From IMG/VR virus record IMGVR_UViG_3300031993_000006, positions 64,001 to 128,000 of that record: a stretch of 64,000 nucleotides of DNA, one strand, 5' to 3'. The notes below the pieces were generated by a model, which was not told the origin of the DNA, ran no database searches, and saw nothing but the letters and a program-made list of their open reading frames with translations. Source of the DNA: a virus. Taxonomy: Duplodnaviria; Caudoviricetes. Each line of letters starts with the position of its first letter. Position 1 is the stretch's first letter. The position numbers were made by a program, and so were the translations under genes. This document shows, piece by piece, positions 20,159 to 28,539 of the stretch.

Positions 20159-20179
20159 TTATCTCACACAGGATTTTCT

Positions 20180-23100
20180 ATGAACGCATCAATCAACTTA
20201 AGCCTATTTGAAAGTGTCCGTATTCTCTTCGAAGCGGCCGCTACGGAAAACGAACTTTTCCGCATCATTGACGAAGATATCAGAAAGAACTTCTTTATTG
20301 AAGGCGACCCGACTATGCAGGCCGAGCAAGTCGACGAAGTTAACGATGTAGCCGAAATTTTCCGTACCGTAAGCGCTGCGGAAGCCCGACGCATTACCGG
20401 AAATGAAGAAATCCCAGATGTCGAAGATAACGATGCACCGGCCAACCCGGAAAATAATGCACCGAATGGCAACAATGGTACAATTTCAATCGTAGACTAC
20501 ATCCGTGCAAAGGCAATCGAAACCCTTACATATCCATCGAATCACCCAGGGTGCATGGGTATCGGTAATTCCCGCGAAGCAAAAATTAGACTTGGCAAAT
20601 TCTATGGAAGCAAACAAAAGCCGAAACCGCTGGACCCGAAAAACCCAGCAGGCAAATGGATATTGCCGCCGGATGAACCAGCTGCATTATCACAAACAAA
20701 ATATGCGCTCGTGTCCAATCCGGACCAATTGCCGCCAGACTTCAAAAATTATATCAGCCTGGTAGCTAGGCAATATCTACCCGGTTTAATCCGTATAGCA
20801 TTTGAGGATTGCGGTCTTGCTAGTTATCTATTCTATACATTTGATACACTCAGACGAGCACTATTGGTTTACTACGGCGAGCGTTTCGACAATAATTCAA
20901 AAAAACTACAGGACTTCCTTCGAGTGGAATTTCCACGGGAATGGGACTACGACCGTATGTTCCACCTAGCACATATTGTGATTCCGCAACTCGTCATCAA
21001 GTCTAAATTAGCACCGATGGAAGCAACGCCAAATTGCGACAAGGGTCTACTAAAGCAAAATATCGATTACCTCGGTAAAAACAATGTCGAGCTCATCCAA
21101 GAACTCATCGACCCAATCGAAACGCCGGTCGGACCAAACATTGATATAGGCGGTTCCCGTCCATTATCCTACAAAAACCTACTGAAACTTGCCGATGTTA
21201 ATGGAGTAAACCATTCTCAAGTTATTGACCAGCGAATGAAACGCCCTGATGGGACCTTGGATTATTATATTCCTCCGGAAAACAATAATGAGGATGATAA
21301 AAATAATGAAGATGAACAGGTCAAATTCCAGCTTGCCGGTCCGATAGTAACTGATGAAATGCGCCAATCTTATAACGATAACGCTCTTAAAGAAAAGTTA
21401 AAAAATGAAGCTAAATTAGAATTTCCTTCGATAAAGATAGGCGATTGGTATGTCGAACAAATCGGAAACGGCGTATCCGATGCAGAAAACTATCCAGATG
21501 GCTGGTTTACTTTTAATGAACCATCTGCCGGCAAACGACATCAATTCATTCACCGCACACCAAATGAGGAATACGGTGAAGGTGGCGTAGGATACTGGTG
21601 CTGGTGCCGCGGAATGCTCGAAAATTACCGGTCGTCTAAGTTGAAGGATGTCGCCTATGCGCTAGTCCATAAATCAGCACTTGACCCAGCAGTACTTAAA
21701 GACAAAGCATGGAACCATAAGCATAACGGAACTCGTTATGATGCATCAGCATTCGGTATTGTTATTGCCGGTGGTAAAGACCATAATCCTAACGAAGGCC
21801 ATATCCCTGGACTTGTTAAGGCAGATTGCTTCGAATCTAGAAATAACACGACATACGAAAGCGGTCGTCCCGGCCGTCCTAGCGCTGTATCATATCCACC
21901 CGACATGGTACCTAATGGCGGAAAAATTCCTGGTCTTGTCCCCATTAGAGACAGTATGTCCCTTAAAACAATGAACATTGCACAGGCTATCAATAACTCA
22001 ATCTTTTCATTAGCATTGATAGGCAAATGGGACTCCAACATAAATGTATACGATAGCGACGGAACACTGCACCCGGAAAATCTAGTACCCCTCATGCAAA
22101 AATGGTTCCCTGCCGATATTTCAGATGCCGAGCTTTTACCGGCACCGGAGAATATATATCATAGGCCAATTCGAATAAAGAGCATCGATATCAATGAAAT
22201 GGCGAAAGATATCGAACATATTATCACGACAAAGGGAACGCGTGTAAACGGTTTCCACCGCAGCGGAAACGATACTAGCGGCGATATATTTAAGTTCGAC
22301 GATTCTATTTTCAGAGGAAATGTATTTCAGTTTAAGGGAACCGACTATAGTGTATTAGCTAAGAATGATGCAACTCTTATTGCAGTTCCTACCGAAGTAT
22401 ACGATTCTACCCGTAAAAATTGTGATGGGAAGCTAGAAAATATCTTATTCTTCATGCAAGAAGATATTGACCCGCCGGCATTATTATTCCTCTATTTCAA
22501 CTATCCTGGCCAGAAGAAACATGTCGTTCCATTCCAAACAGAGCCAATCGCCTTGAGCGATGCACTATCGCTTAACGTCGATTCAGTAATAGACAAGCTC
22601 CAGCTCGACCAAATGAATAGAGATAAGCAAAAGAATCCACGCACTCTTCCTACACCGGATGAGCATGGCATCACCTGGTATGCTCCTATATTAGGCGAAA
22701 CACTCAAGAAAAATAGAATCGGCGTAGATATTAAGAACGGGGGAAAGGTATATCTTTCGGGACCGGATACAAATAATGAAGCCGTGCCTATCGAATGCAA
22801 AATACCCGGGCGCCTTCGGACATTCACCGCAAGAGGAAGTTTTATCAAGGTAGGTGACTCTGGATATAACCTATTTTTTAACGCACACCGCCGGAGCTAT
22901 ATCGGCTATGTAAGAAACAATAAAACTACTTGGTTCGAAGTCTTGTTCAGAACAACCTTCCCGGGAACCGATAATGCGCTTCTGAGCTACATCGATGATG
23001 AGGGGGAACGAGTCAAGAAACTGACGTTAGGCAACATCTATGGAAATCTAGCAAACCGTATGCGAATGTCCTCAAAAGACCGCTATACAGGATGCATCGA

Positions 23101-23326
23101 CTGGGTATCCACCGATGACACTATAGATGATGTCAATATATCCGATGACTTCAAGAATGAACAGTACGAGAATCATCCAAAAGATATCGGTCTATGCGTA
23201 ATCGCCGGCGATTTCAACGGAGACGCCCATAAGGCGGTGGGATATATCGACTGGTACAGTACCAGTACACTTGAATACCTCGATACGACTCCGGTATTCC
23301 TCAATGACCTATATCACAACGATTAA
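20180..23326 (+). CDS. Large hypothetical protein (1048 aa), partly related to the upstream gene
   Basis: AGGA RBS. N-terminal LFESVRILFEAA. YLPGLIRIAF matches YMPGVARIAV upstream, and YWCW...YDASAFGIVI...SRNN matches PWCI...YGTSMIAVIV...PRWN. Confidence 0.85.
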   Translation: MNASINLSLFESVRILFEAAATENELFRIIDEDIRKNFFIEGDPTMQAEQVDEVNDVAEIFRTVSAAEARRITGNEEIPDVEDNDAPANPENNAPNGNNGTISIVDYIRAKAIETLTYPSNHPGCMGIGNSREAKIRLGKFYGSKQKPKPLDPKNPAGKWILPPDEPAALSQTKYALVSNPDQLPPDFKNYISLVARQYLPGLIRIAFEDCGLASYLFYTFDTLRRALLVYYGERFDNNSKKLQDFLRVEFPREWDYDRMFHLAHIVIPQLVIKSKLAPMEATPNCDKGLLKQNIDYLGKNNVELIQELIDPIETPVGPNIDIGGSRPLSYKNLLKLADVNGVNHSQVIDQRMKRPDGTLDYYIPPENNNEDDKNNEDEQVKFQLAGPIVTDEMRQSYNDNALKEKLKNEAKLEFPSIKIGDWYVEQIGNGVSDAENYPDGWFTFNEPSAGKRHQFIHRTPNEEYGEGGVGYWCWCRGMLENYRSSKLKDVAYALVHKSALDPAVLKDKAWNHKHNGTRYDASAFGIVIAGGKDHNPNEGHIPGLVKADCFESRNNTTYESGRPGRPSAVSYPPDMVPNGGKIPGLVPIRDSMSLKTMNIAQAINNSIFSLALIGKWDSNINVYDSDGTLHPENLVPLMQKWFPADISDAELLPAPENIYHRPIRIKSIDINEMAKDIEHIITTKGTRVNGFHRSGNDTSGDIFKFDDSIFRGNVFQFKGTDYSVLAKNDATLIAVPTEVYDSTRKNCDGKLENILFFMQEDIDPPALLFLYFNYPGQKKHVVPFQTEPIALSDALSLNVDSVIDKLQLDQMNRDKQKNPRTLPTPDEHGITWYAPILGETLKKNRIGVDIKNGGKVYLSGPDTNNEAVPIECKIPGRLRTFTARGSFIKVGDSGYNLFFNAHRRSYIGYVRNNKTTWFEVLFRTTFPGTDNALLSYIDDEGERVKKLTLGNIYGNLANRMRMSSKDRYTGCIDWVSTDDTIDDVNISDDFKNEQYENHPKDIGLCVIAGDFNGDAHKAVGYIDWYSTSTLEYLDTTPVFLNDLYHND

Positions 23327-23345
23327 CCAAATCAAAGACAAATAA

Positions 23346-23372
23346 GAAAGGCGGTCCGGTGGGCCGCCTTTC
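23346..23372. terminator. Hairpin terminator, probably usable on both strands
   Basis: GAAAGGCGGTCC-GGT-GGGCCGCCTTTC. Confidence 0.75.
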
Positions 23373-23380
23373 CCGTTTAA

Positions 23381-23585
23381 ACCGTTAACTGAAACCTACC
23401 TAAATCTACCAAGAGATAGACCTATGTGATTTCCTACCTTGCCCATCGCTGGGTAGGCCGTAACGGCACTTAATCAACCGCATCTACGCCATATTCCTAA
23501 TATGCATCAAACAACACGGCTGGCTTGCCTAGTCCTACTCCATTGCTGGAGAGCCTTAACACGGTCGGCATATCAGACTAGACAT
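23381..23585 (-). ncRNA. Candidate structured non-coding RNA (~200 nt), family not recognised
   Basis: No ORF. Upstream CCTATATTTAG promoter-like motif (23588-23598, minus strand) and a downstream terminator. Several stems, including CTCCA-GCAA-TGGAG and CCCA-GCGA-TGGG with GNRA loops. Confidence 0.5.
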
Positions 23586-23662
23586 TTCTAAATATAGGTT
23601 ATTTTCTATATATTTCAATAGCAGATTTCGCTATATTTAGTTAAATTTTGCTAACATTTTCG

Positions 23663-24130
23663 TTAACAGCTAGCAACCCGCACCATCTTCAGCGCAGACT
23701 TTCCGGCATTGTTCCCTACATCCCCCCAGTGGCTCTTAGTCCACCCGGCAAAGAACAACGCCATATCCACAAGAGATGCCTTCCACCGGGGAAGCCCGTT
23801 TTCCCGCAACGCGCCCCTGTACAGGTCATCGCATTCCTCGCGGTTCAACTGTCCGAACCCCTTCTCGCCATAGAGTGCATCATGCAGCAACGCCGCAACA
23901 TTGAACCCGGCACCGCCATGTTCCTTCCAAGACGGGAGAATCCACTGGAAAGCCTTCGGGACGGAGGCCCCGTCAGACTCGAAACCAGCCTTGATGAGGA
24001 TATGCATCCGGTAAGGTACATAGTTAGCATCGTGTGCAGTAATATCGATGGAAAGGTCCCGTGAAAGGATATACTTTCCACCAACCTTTTCATATTCGAG
24101 CGGACTATACATCATTGAATCGAGTGTCAT
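23663..24130 (-). CDS. DUF1353-family protein
   Basis: GFESDGASVP...AALLHDALY...REECDDLY. ATG 24130 follows GGAAGG. TATAAACT at 24158-24165. Confidence 0.85.
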   Translation of the reverse strand: MTLDSMMYSPLEYEKVGGKYILSRDLSIDITAHDANYVPYRMHILIKAGFESDGASVPKAFQWILPSWKEHGGAGFNVAALLHDALYGEKGFGQLNREECDDLYRGALRENGLPRWKASLVDMALFFAGWTKSHWGDVGNNAGKSALKMVRVASC

Positions 24131-24169
24131 AGCAAACCTTCCGATAAACAATCCACTAGTTTATAGAAT

Positions 24170-25243
24170 TTACCACGGCATACCATTGGACGGCTTACTG
24201 CGATTAGCCGCCTTTGCGAGGTCACTCAGGTTTGGTGGTTCCCGACGAGCAGTGCTGAACGGTACGAATGCCTGAGTCGGACTTGGTTCTTCGCCTTCAT
24301 CAGAATCCGGTTCAATCGCCTTGATGTCGCTAGGTTTCTTTCCAAGGAAACCACGGACAAGGTTAGGGTCAAGTCCACCAAAGATATCGTCGAGCGAAAC
24401 AACCTCTTGTTCCGGTGCATTTTCCGGCTTACCAAAGGTCTCGTTCATTGCGTCGTTGTATTCCTTAGTATACACGACATTGACGCCCGGGTCTATCTGC
24501 ATTATCGAATTATCGATGCCGGTAACCTGTGCGACAGTCTTGTACTTCTTCGGGTCCTTCACGCCGCAACGGATGAGAATGTCATAGTCAGAGTCGTCAA
24601 GCTCACGATTGAAATCGATGCCCTTCTGCGCGATAATGAGAGAACCCGCACGGGCGAGCTTCTCGCTTTCGGAATCGGCATCCATCGCATCCTGATAACC
24701 CTTCGGGTCGAACTTCTTGAAGACTTCAGTAATCGTAATCTTAGACGGGTCAGTGACACCGAAAATCGCAAGGAACTTTGGATACTTCGGAAGCCAGCTC
24801 ATCTTCTCCTTATCGCTAACCGGCGACTTGTAGTAGAACGGTATGCTGGATGTATACTCGGCTAGTCGTGCCGGAGATACCGCACCATTGCTGACGACAT
24901 CAGAAAAGTCATCGTATGTCGGCTTGGTAAGTTCCTTAGCCTGTTCACGGGTATAATGAGCGGCAATCATCTTAGCCTTTGGTGAAGCCGGCCAGTCGGA
25001 TTTCTTGTCTTCATCGGAAGGTTCATCCTTCTGTACTTTCACCGGCTTCGGCGCTTTAGACTTCTTCACTTCAGGTGCGCCCAATATTACAGTACCGGTA
25101 CTTTCGCCGGAAATCGTCGCTGGGCCACCCGCCTCTTTATCATTCTTGCCTGACTGGGACTCAATCGCAGCATCCCACTCGTCAAGCTCATCAAAAGCCT
25201 GTACTGCCTTCTCTATGGTTTCGTCATCAATCTTCTCAGCCAT
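24170..25243 (-). CDS. Hypothetical protein (~357 aa)
   Basis: GAGGAG RBS before ATG 25243 (MAEKIDD). Confidence 0.8.
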   Translation of the reverse strand: MAEKIDDETIEKAVQAFDELDEWDAAIESQSGKNDKEAGGPATISGESTGTVILGAPEVKKSKAPKPVKVQKDEPSDEDKKSDWPASPKAKMIAAHYTREQAKELTKPTYDDFSDVVSNGAVSPARLAEYTSSIPFYYKSPVSDKEKMSWLPKYPKFLAIFGVTDPSKITITEVFKKFDPKGYQDAMDADSESEKLARAGSLIIAQKGIDFNRELDDSDYDILIRCGVKDPKKYKTVAQVTGIDNSIMQIDPGVNVVYTKEYNDAMNETFGKPENAPEQEVVSLDDIFGGLDPNLVRGFLGKKPSDIKAIEPDSDEGEEPSPTQAFVPFSTARREPPNLSDLAKAANRSKPSNGMPW

Positions 25244-25280
25244 ATGGCGTCTCCTCATTTTACAAATAGAAAACTATACC

Positions 25281-25305
25281 AAAAATGCCCGGTGTAACCG
25301 GGCAT
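25281..25305 (-). terminator. Rho-independent terminator
   Basis: ATGCCCGG-TTACA-CCGGGCAT-TTTT on the minus strand after 25335..26054. Confidence 0.75.
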
Positions 25306-25334
25306 CAATATGGAACAGTATTCAGAAAATGCGA

Positions 25335-26054
25335 TTAGTTCGCAGGGACCGCATTTTGAAGAACCATATCGGCAAGGGCGTCGTAATCGACTCCATCATC
25401 ACCAATAGATTCCTGAAGGCTCTTCTCGCCGCACTCTTCTATCGGAGTATCGGAATTCGGCTTTTTCGAATCCTTTTCGTCTTCCTTCTTGTCATCAGAC
25501 TTTTCGGAATCCTTCTTGACCGCATTTTTCGGGAACGGTGGCTTCGGTTTAACAACCGGCTTTTCGCCTTCCTTTTCACAGACTGTTTCGCACTTGTCGC
25601 CATCACAGACGGTCGTGCATTCGCCATCCTTGCATTTACCTTCGGCGCATTCCGGTGCACCGCCGACTTCCGGCTCGGCTACCACGACTTCGGTTTCATC
25701 CGCAGATTCCTCATCATCGTCGCTATTTCCAAAAAACACTTCGGCCGGATTCTTGCCGGAAGCGACAGCCTTATCGAATTCTTCCATCACGCCACCAACG
25801 ATAGCCTGTTCATCAGTATCGAGAAGCGGCATAAACACCTGGAGAAGACCGTTAATCCCTTCCTTGAGATTTTCAGCGGTGAACCCGCCAGCAGCTTCGA
25901 GCTTAGGCTTAATGTAACCTTCACGAACGGCCATGTTATACTTGAACTTATTGAGTGCGTCATTGTTCGTCCCGTCTTTCAGGGAATCAGCAAATCCCAT
26001 AAATGCTTCAAACTGAGCAGGGCCGAGAGTACGCTTAGGTTTGATGGTGGACAT
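25335..26054 (-). CDS. Hypothetical acidic protein (239 aa) with a small Cys-rich segment
   Basis: GAGG RBS, TATAAACT at 26089-26096, CAEGKCKDGECTTVCDGDKCETVC. Confidence 0.8.
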   Translation of the reverse strand: MSTIKPKRTLGPAQFEAFMGFADSLKDGTNNDALNKFKYNMAVREGYIKPKLEAAGGFTAENLKEGINGLLQVFMPLLDTDEQAIVGGVMEEFDKAVASGKNPAEVFFGNSDDDEESADETEVVVAEPEVGGAPECAEGKCKDGECTTVCDGDKCETVCEKEGEKPVVKPKPPFPKNAVKKDSEKSDDKKEDEKDSKKPNSDTPIEECGEKSLQESIGDDGVDYDALADMVLQNAVPAN

Positions 26055-26113
26055 AAAAACTACCTCGTATGGTATTCAGTTATGTCCAAGTTTATATAAG
26101 TGGATAATTTTCG

Positions 26114-27661
26114 TTAACCGGCGGCAAATACGAATTCAGGTTCAGTAGCAATCCCAAGCATTTCAAGGTTGACCTCACGGTTGTACTGAGCGACATTCTT
26201 GTCGACCACGTGCTGCCTGAACTCCTCGACGGTCATGGTCGGAATGCTGAGAAGCTGCAGTTCATCATTGGCAAGGTCGTTCACCCTATGGGATAATCCC
26301 TCAGGAACGATAAGGGAATCGTGTACGGTACAATACGGGCATCCGACCTCTCGAGTAACCCTCGGTATCAACCGGTCGAACACAAAGAAACTTTCAATGC
26401 GCTGCATCTCACGAGCTAAAGCAGGGTAATTTGTAGACTTCATCTGTTCGATAGCGCATAAAAGTCTAGGGAAATGCTCGACCCAGACACGTCTTGTAGC
26501 CGCCCTTAGCTCATTTGGGTCATTTTCGATGTTAACTGGACCAAATAGGAACACGAAGAATGCCTGTTTTGCCTCATCTCGGTCAATATTTCGGTCGATA
26601 TCGCAATCTTCTGACAGCTCATTTGCGAAAAACTCGTATAATTTACCATGTTTTAGGATTGAGTCGTACTTGTCGCACTCCAAAAGGTACTTTTCGGGGT
26701 CATTTATCTTGACTTTTTGCTGCAGCTCGCATAAAGTTGGTGATGAACGGAGGTCAAAGAAGCTATGATTCTCTACAATGGCCCGCAAAATTACACCAAG
26801 AAACGCACCCTGACTTGACTTGATATCGATTGAGCTAGTTGGGTGCCCGTCGCAGGTAAGGCATTCACTACGAACTTCCTTCTTCATCTGCGTAACATTG
26901 GTATGGATTCTACCGAAACGGTCCTTCTTCACGAACAGGGCGGTATTGCTTTTCCCTATCTGGTTAAAGCGCTCGACCTTCTTCATTTCAAGACGCATCT
27001 TCTTGGGTGTCATCTTCCCGGAATCCACCATTTCCCGCAAGAGCATTTCTGCCCTATCTTCCTCTATGGCGAAATGGGTCAGCTCATCATGACACTTCCT
27101 GATTCGAGGGTCTTCAAGCTGATGTGTCTTCACATCAGCCGCACAGAGCTCAAGCCGCTTGAGGAAAGGCTTGGACTTAATCATATAAGGACGCGTCCTG
27201 CCGAACTTCTTCATCGTCCCCGTCGTATCCGACATCCGGAACTCACGGGTAAAACAGTATTTGTCCCAATAGGACGCATACGGCTTGCAGAACCAGAATG
27301 CCTTGCTCTTTCCGGGACTCGATTTTGTCCCCACAAGGTATGTACGGCTTCTACCGATGAAGCCCCAACTTTCGAGGTCCTCGATGATTCTGTTATAGTC
27401 ATTGCCTATAGCGTTTCGGAGATATAGGGAATGCAGATTACAGTGCCAAGTGTTGATATCTACCGTGTTTCCCGCCATTCGGGAATCGTGGTAGACCCGC
27501 CTAAGCTGTCGGGAAACTAAGTGAAGTACGAAAAGATACTTCTCCCTATTACGTACACAGCCGGGATGCTTCTCAAGCTTCTGCTTGAGAGGGGTCATCA
27601 CGACCTCCGGAATGCGGATTTTGTACTCAAATTTGGGTAGCATGTCCTTAAAATTAGTCAA
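26114..27661 (-). CDS. Minimal family-A DNA polymerase / T7-RNA-polymerase palm-like protein with no exonuclease domain
   Basis: GRIHT, motif A-like IDIKSSQ, motif B-like RDEAKQAFFVFLFG, QRIES, motif C-like TVHDSLIV. Start uncertain (TTG 27661 or ATG 27643). Confidence 0.7.
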   Translation of the reverse strand: MTNFKDMLPKFEYKIRIPEVVMTPLKQKLEKHPGCVRNREKYLFVLHLVSRQLRRVYHDSRMAGNTVDINTWHCNLHSLYLRNAIGNDYNRIIEDLESWGFIGRSRTYLVGTKSSPGKSKAFWFCKPYASYWDKYCFTREFRMSDTTGTMKKFGRTRPYMIKSKPFLKRLELCAADVKTHQLEDPRIRKCHDELTHFAIEEDRAEMLLREMVDSGKMTPKKMRLEMKKVERFNQIGKSNTALFVKKDRFGRIHTNVTQMKKEVRSECLTCDGHPTSSIDIKSSQGAFLGVILRAIVENHSFFDLRSSPTLCELQQKVKINDPEKYLLECDKYDSILKHGKLYEFFANELSEDCDIDRNIDRDEAKQAFFVFLFGPVNIENDPNELRAATRRVWVEHFPRLLCAIEQMKSTNYPALAREMQRIESFFVFDRLIPRVTREVGCPYCTVHDSLIVPEGLSHRVNDLANDELQLLSIPTMTVEEFRQHVVDKNVAQYNREVNLEMLGIATEPEFVFAAG

Positions 27662-27798
27662 CCGAACGCCTTCTGGCAGGAGTTTATTTCAAAATTGCGG
27701 ACCCCATTGGTCCTTTCTATTCAAATAATAGCAAAAACTTACTTTCTTGGTGCATAGGGCTTACGCCATGTGATGGCCGATGCCATAAGCAACATCAG

Positions 27799-27916
27799 GT
27801 ACTATAAATATGTTTCAGGATTGAGGGTGGTTTAGGTGCTAATCCCAGGTTCCCCTGAGGATTCCCCCATGATGCAATAATGGATACAGAGTATCAAGTA
27901 CTATAAATATGTTTCA
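27799..27916 (+). repeat. Pair of exact 19-bp direct repeats GTACTATAAATATGTTTCA (27799-27817, 27898-27916); candidate origin element
   Basis: Read directly. Flanks are also similar (ATCAG/ATCAA ... GGATTGA/TGATTTGA). Lies in a divergent intergenic region. Confidence 0.8.
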
Positions 27917-28017
27917 TGATTTGAAACACAAATTCAAGCTATCGGAGGGGCTCGGAACGGCCTAAAGTCGGGGCTCCCGGGTTGCCCCCGGGGCCAATTT
28001 TAATTATATTCCATAAT

Positions 28018-28539
28018 ATGGAACCTATGGATATTCGGAGGCTGACGGCCTCCAAGCTAGAGCTGTGCCCAGCGCGGGATTTCTTCGCCGGTATTACCCG
28101 GTGGTGTACCGAGTTTTCCATTATGCGACCGGCTACGATGAGTTTCCAGTATGGGAATAAGGGGAGCATCATTGTCACACCGTATGGTGAGCCGTTGGAA
28201 CTCGCCGATACCGTCACTGACCCGGAAAGGTTTAGGAAAGCCCTGTCGATGGCGGTGTTCGAGTATGTCGGCCAGTGTAACCGGGTGATTGCGAGGCTTC
28301 CGTATATGCCAAACCAGCGATACAATATGTACCGGGGTGCAGGTGAGCCTAGCAGGCCCGGTCAGGTGTATCGAGTAGTTCTCTGGACGGGGATAGGCGA
28401 TGCCGGGGAATACAAGTTCTACTTCCTGCCTGAACGGGAAGCTGACCGCAAGACGATGGGTGCCGACAACGCCCCGAAGGTAGCCTATATGGTTCCCGAA
28501 TGGGTCTACAATGACCAGGCCGGGGTCGGGAGGGGATAA
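28018..28539 (+). CDS. Hypothetical protein
   Basis: ATG 28018 follows a TATATT box; its stop overlaps the uvsW start. Confidence 0.7.
   Translation: MEPMDIRRLTASKLELCPARDFFAGITRWCTEFSIMRPATMSFQYGNKGSIIVTPYGEPLELADTVTDPERFRKALSMAVFEYVGQCNRVIARLPYMPNQRYNMYRGAGEPSRPGQVYRVVLWTGIGDAGEYKFYFLPEREADRKTMGADNAPKVAYMVPEWVYNDQAGVGRG

Noticed and set aside
23381-23585. tRNA, or an omegaRNA of either tnpB
   Set aside because: No cloverleaf or T-loop consensus and no similarity to either element's right end. No tRNA was recognised anywhere in the window.
27799-27916. The two 19-bp repeats as a mini-CRISPR, or simply as T4 TATAAATA late promoters
   Set aside because: Only two short copies with an 80-bp gap. 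The late motif elsewhere is ATAAACT and the identity extends beyond the octamer, so a binding site or origin role fits better, though promoter activity is not excluded.
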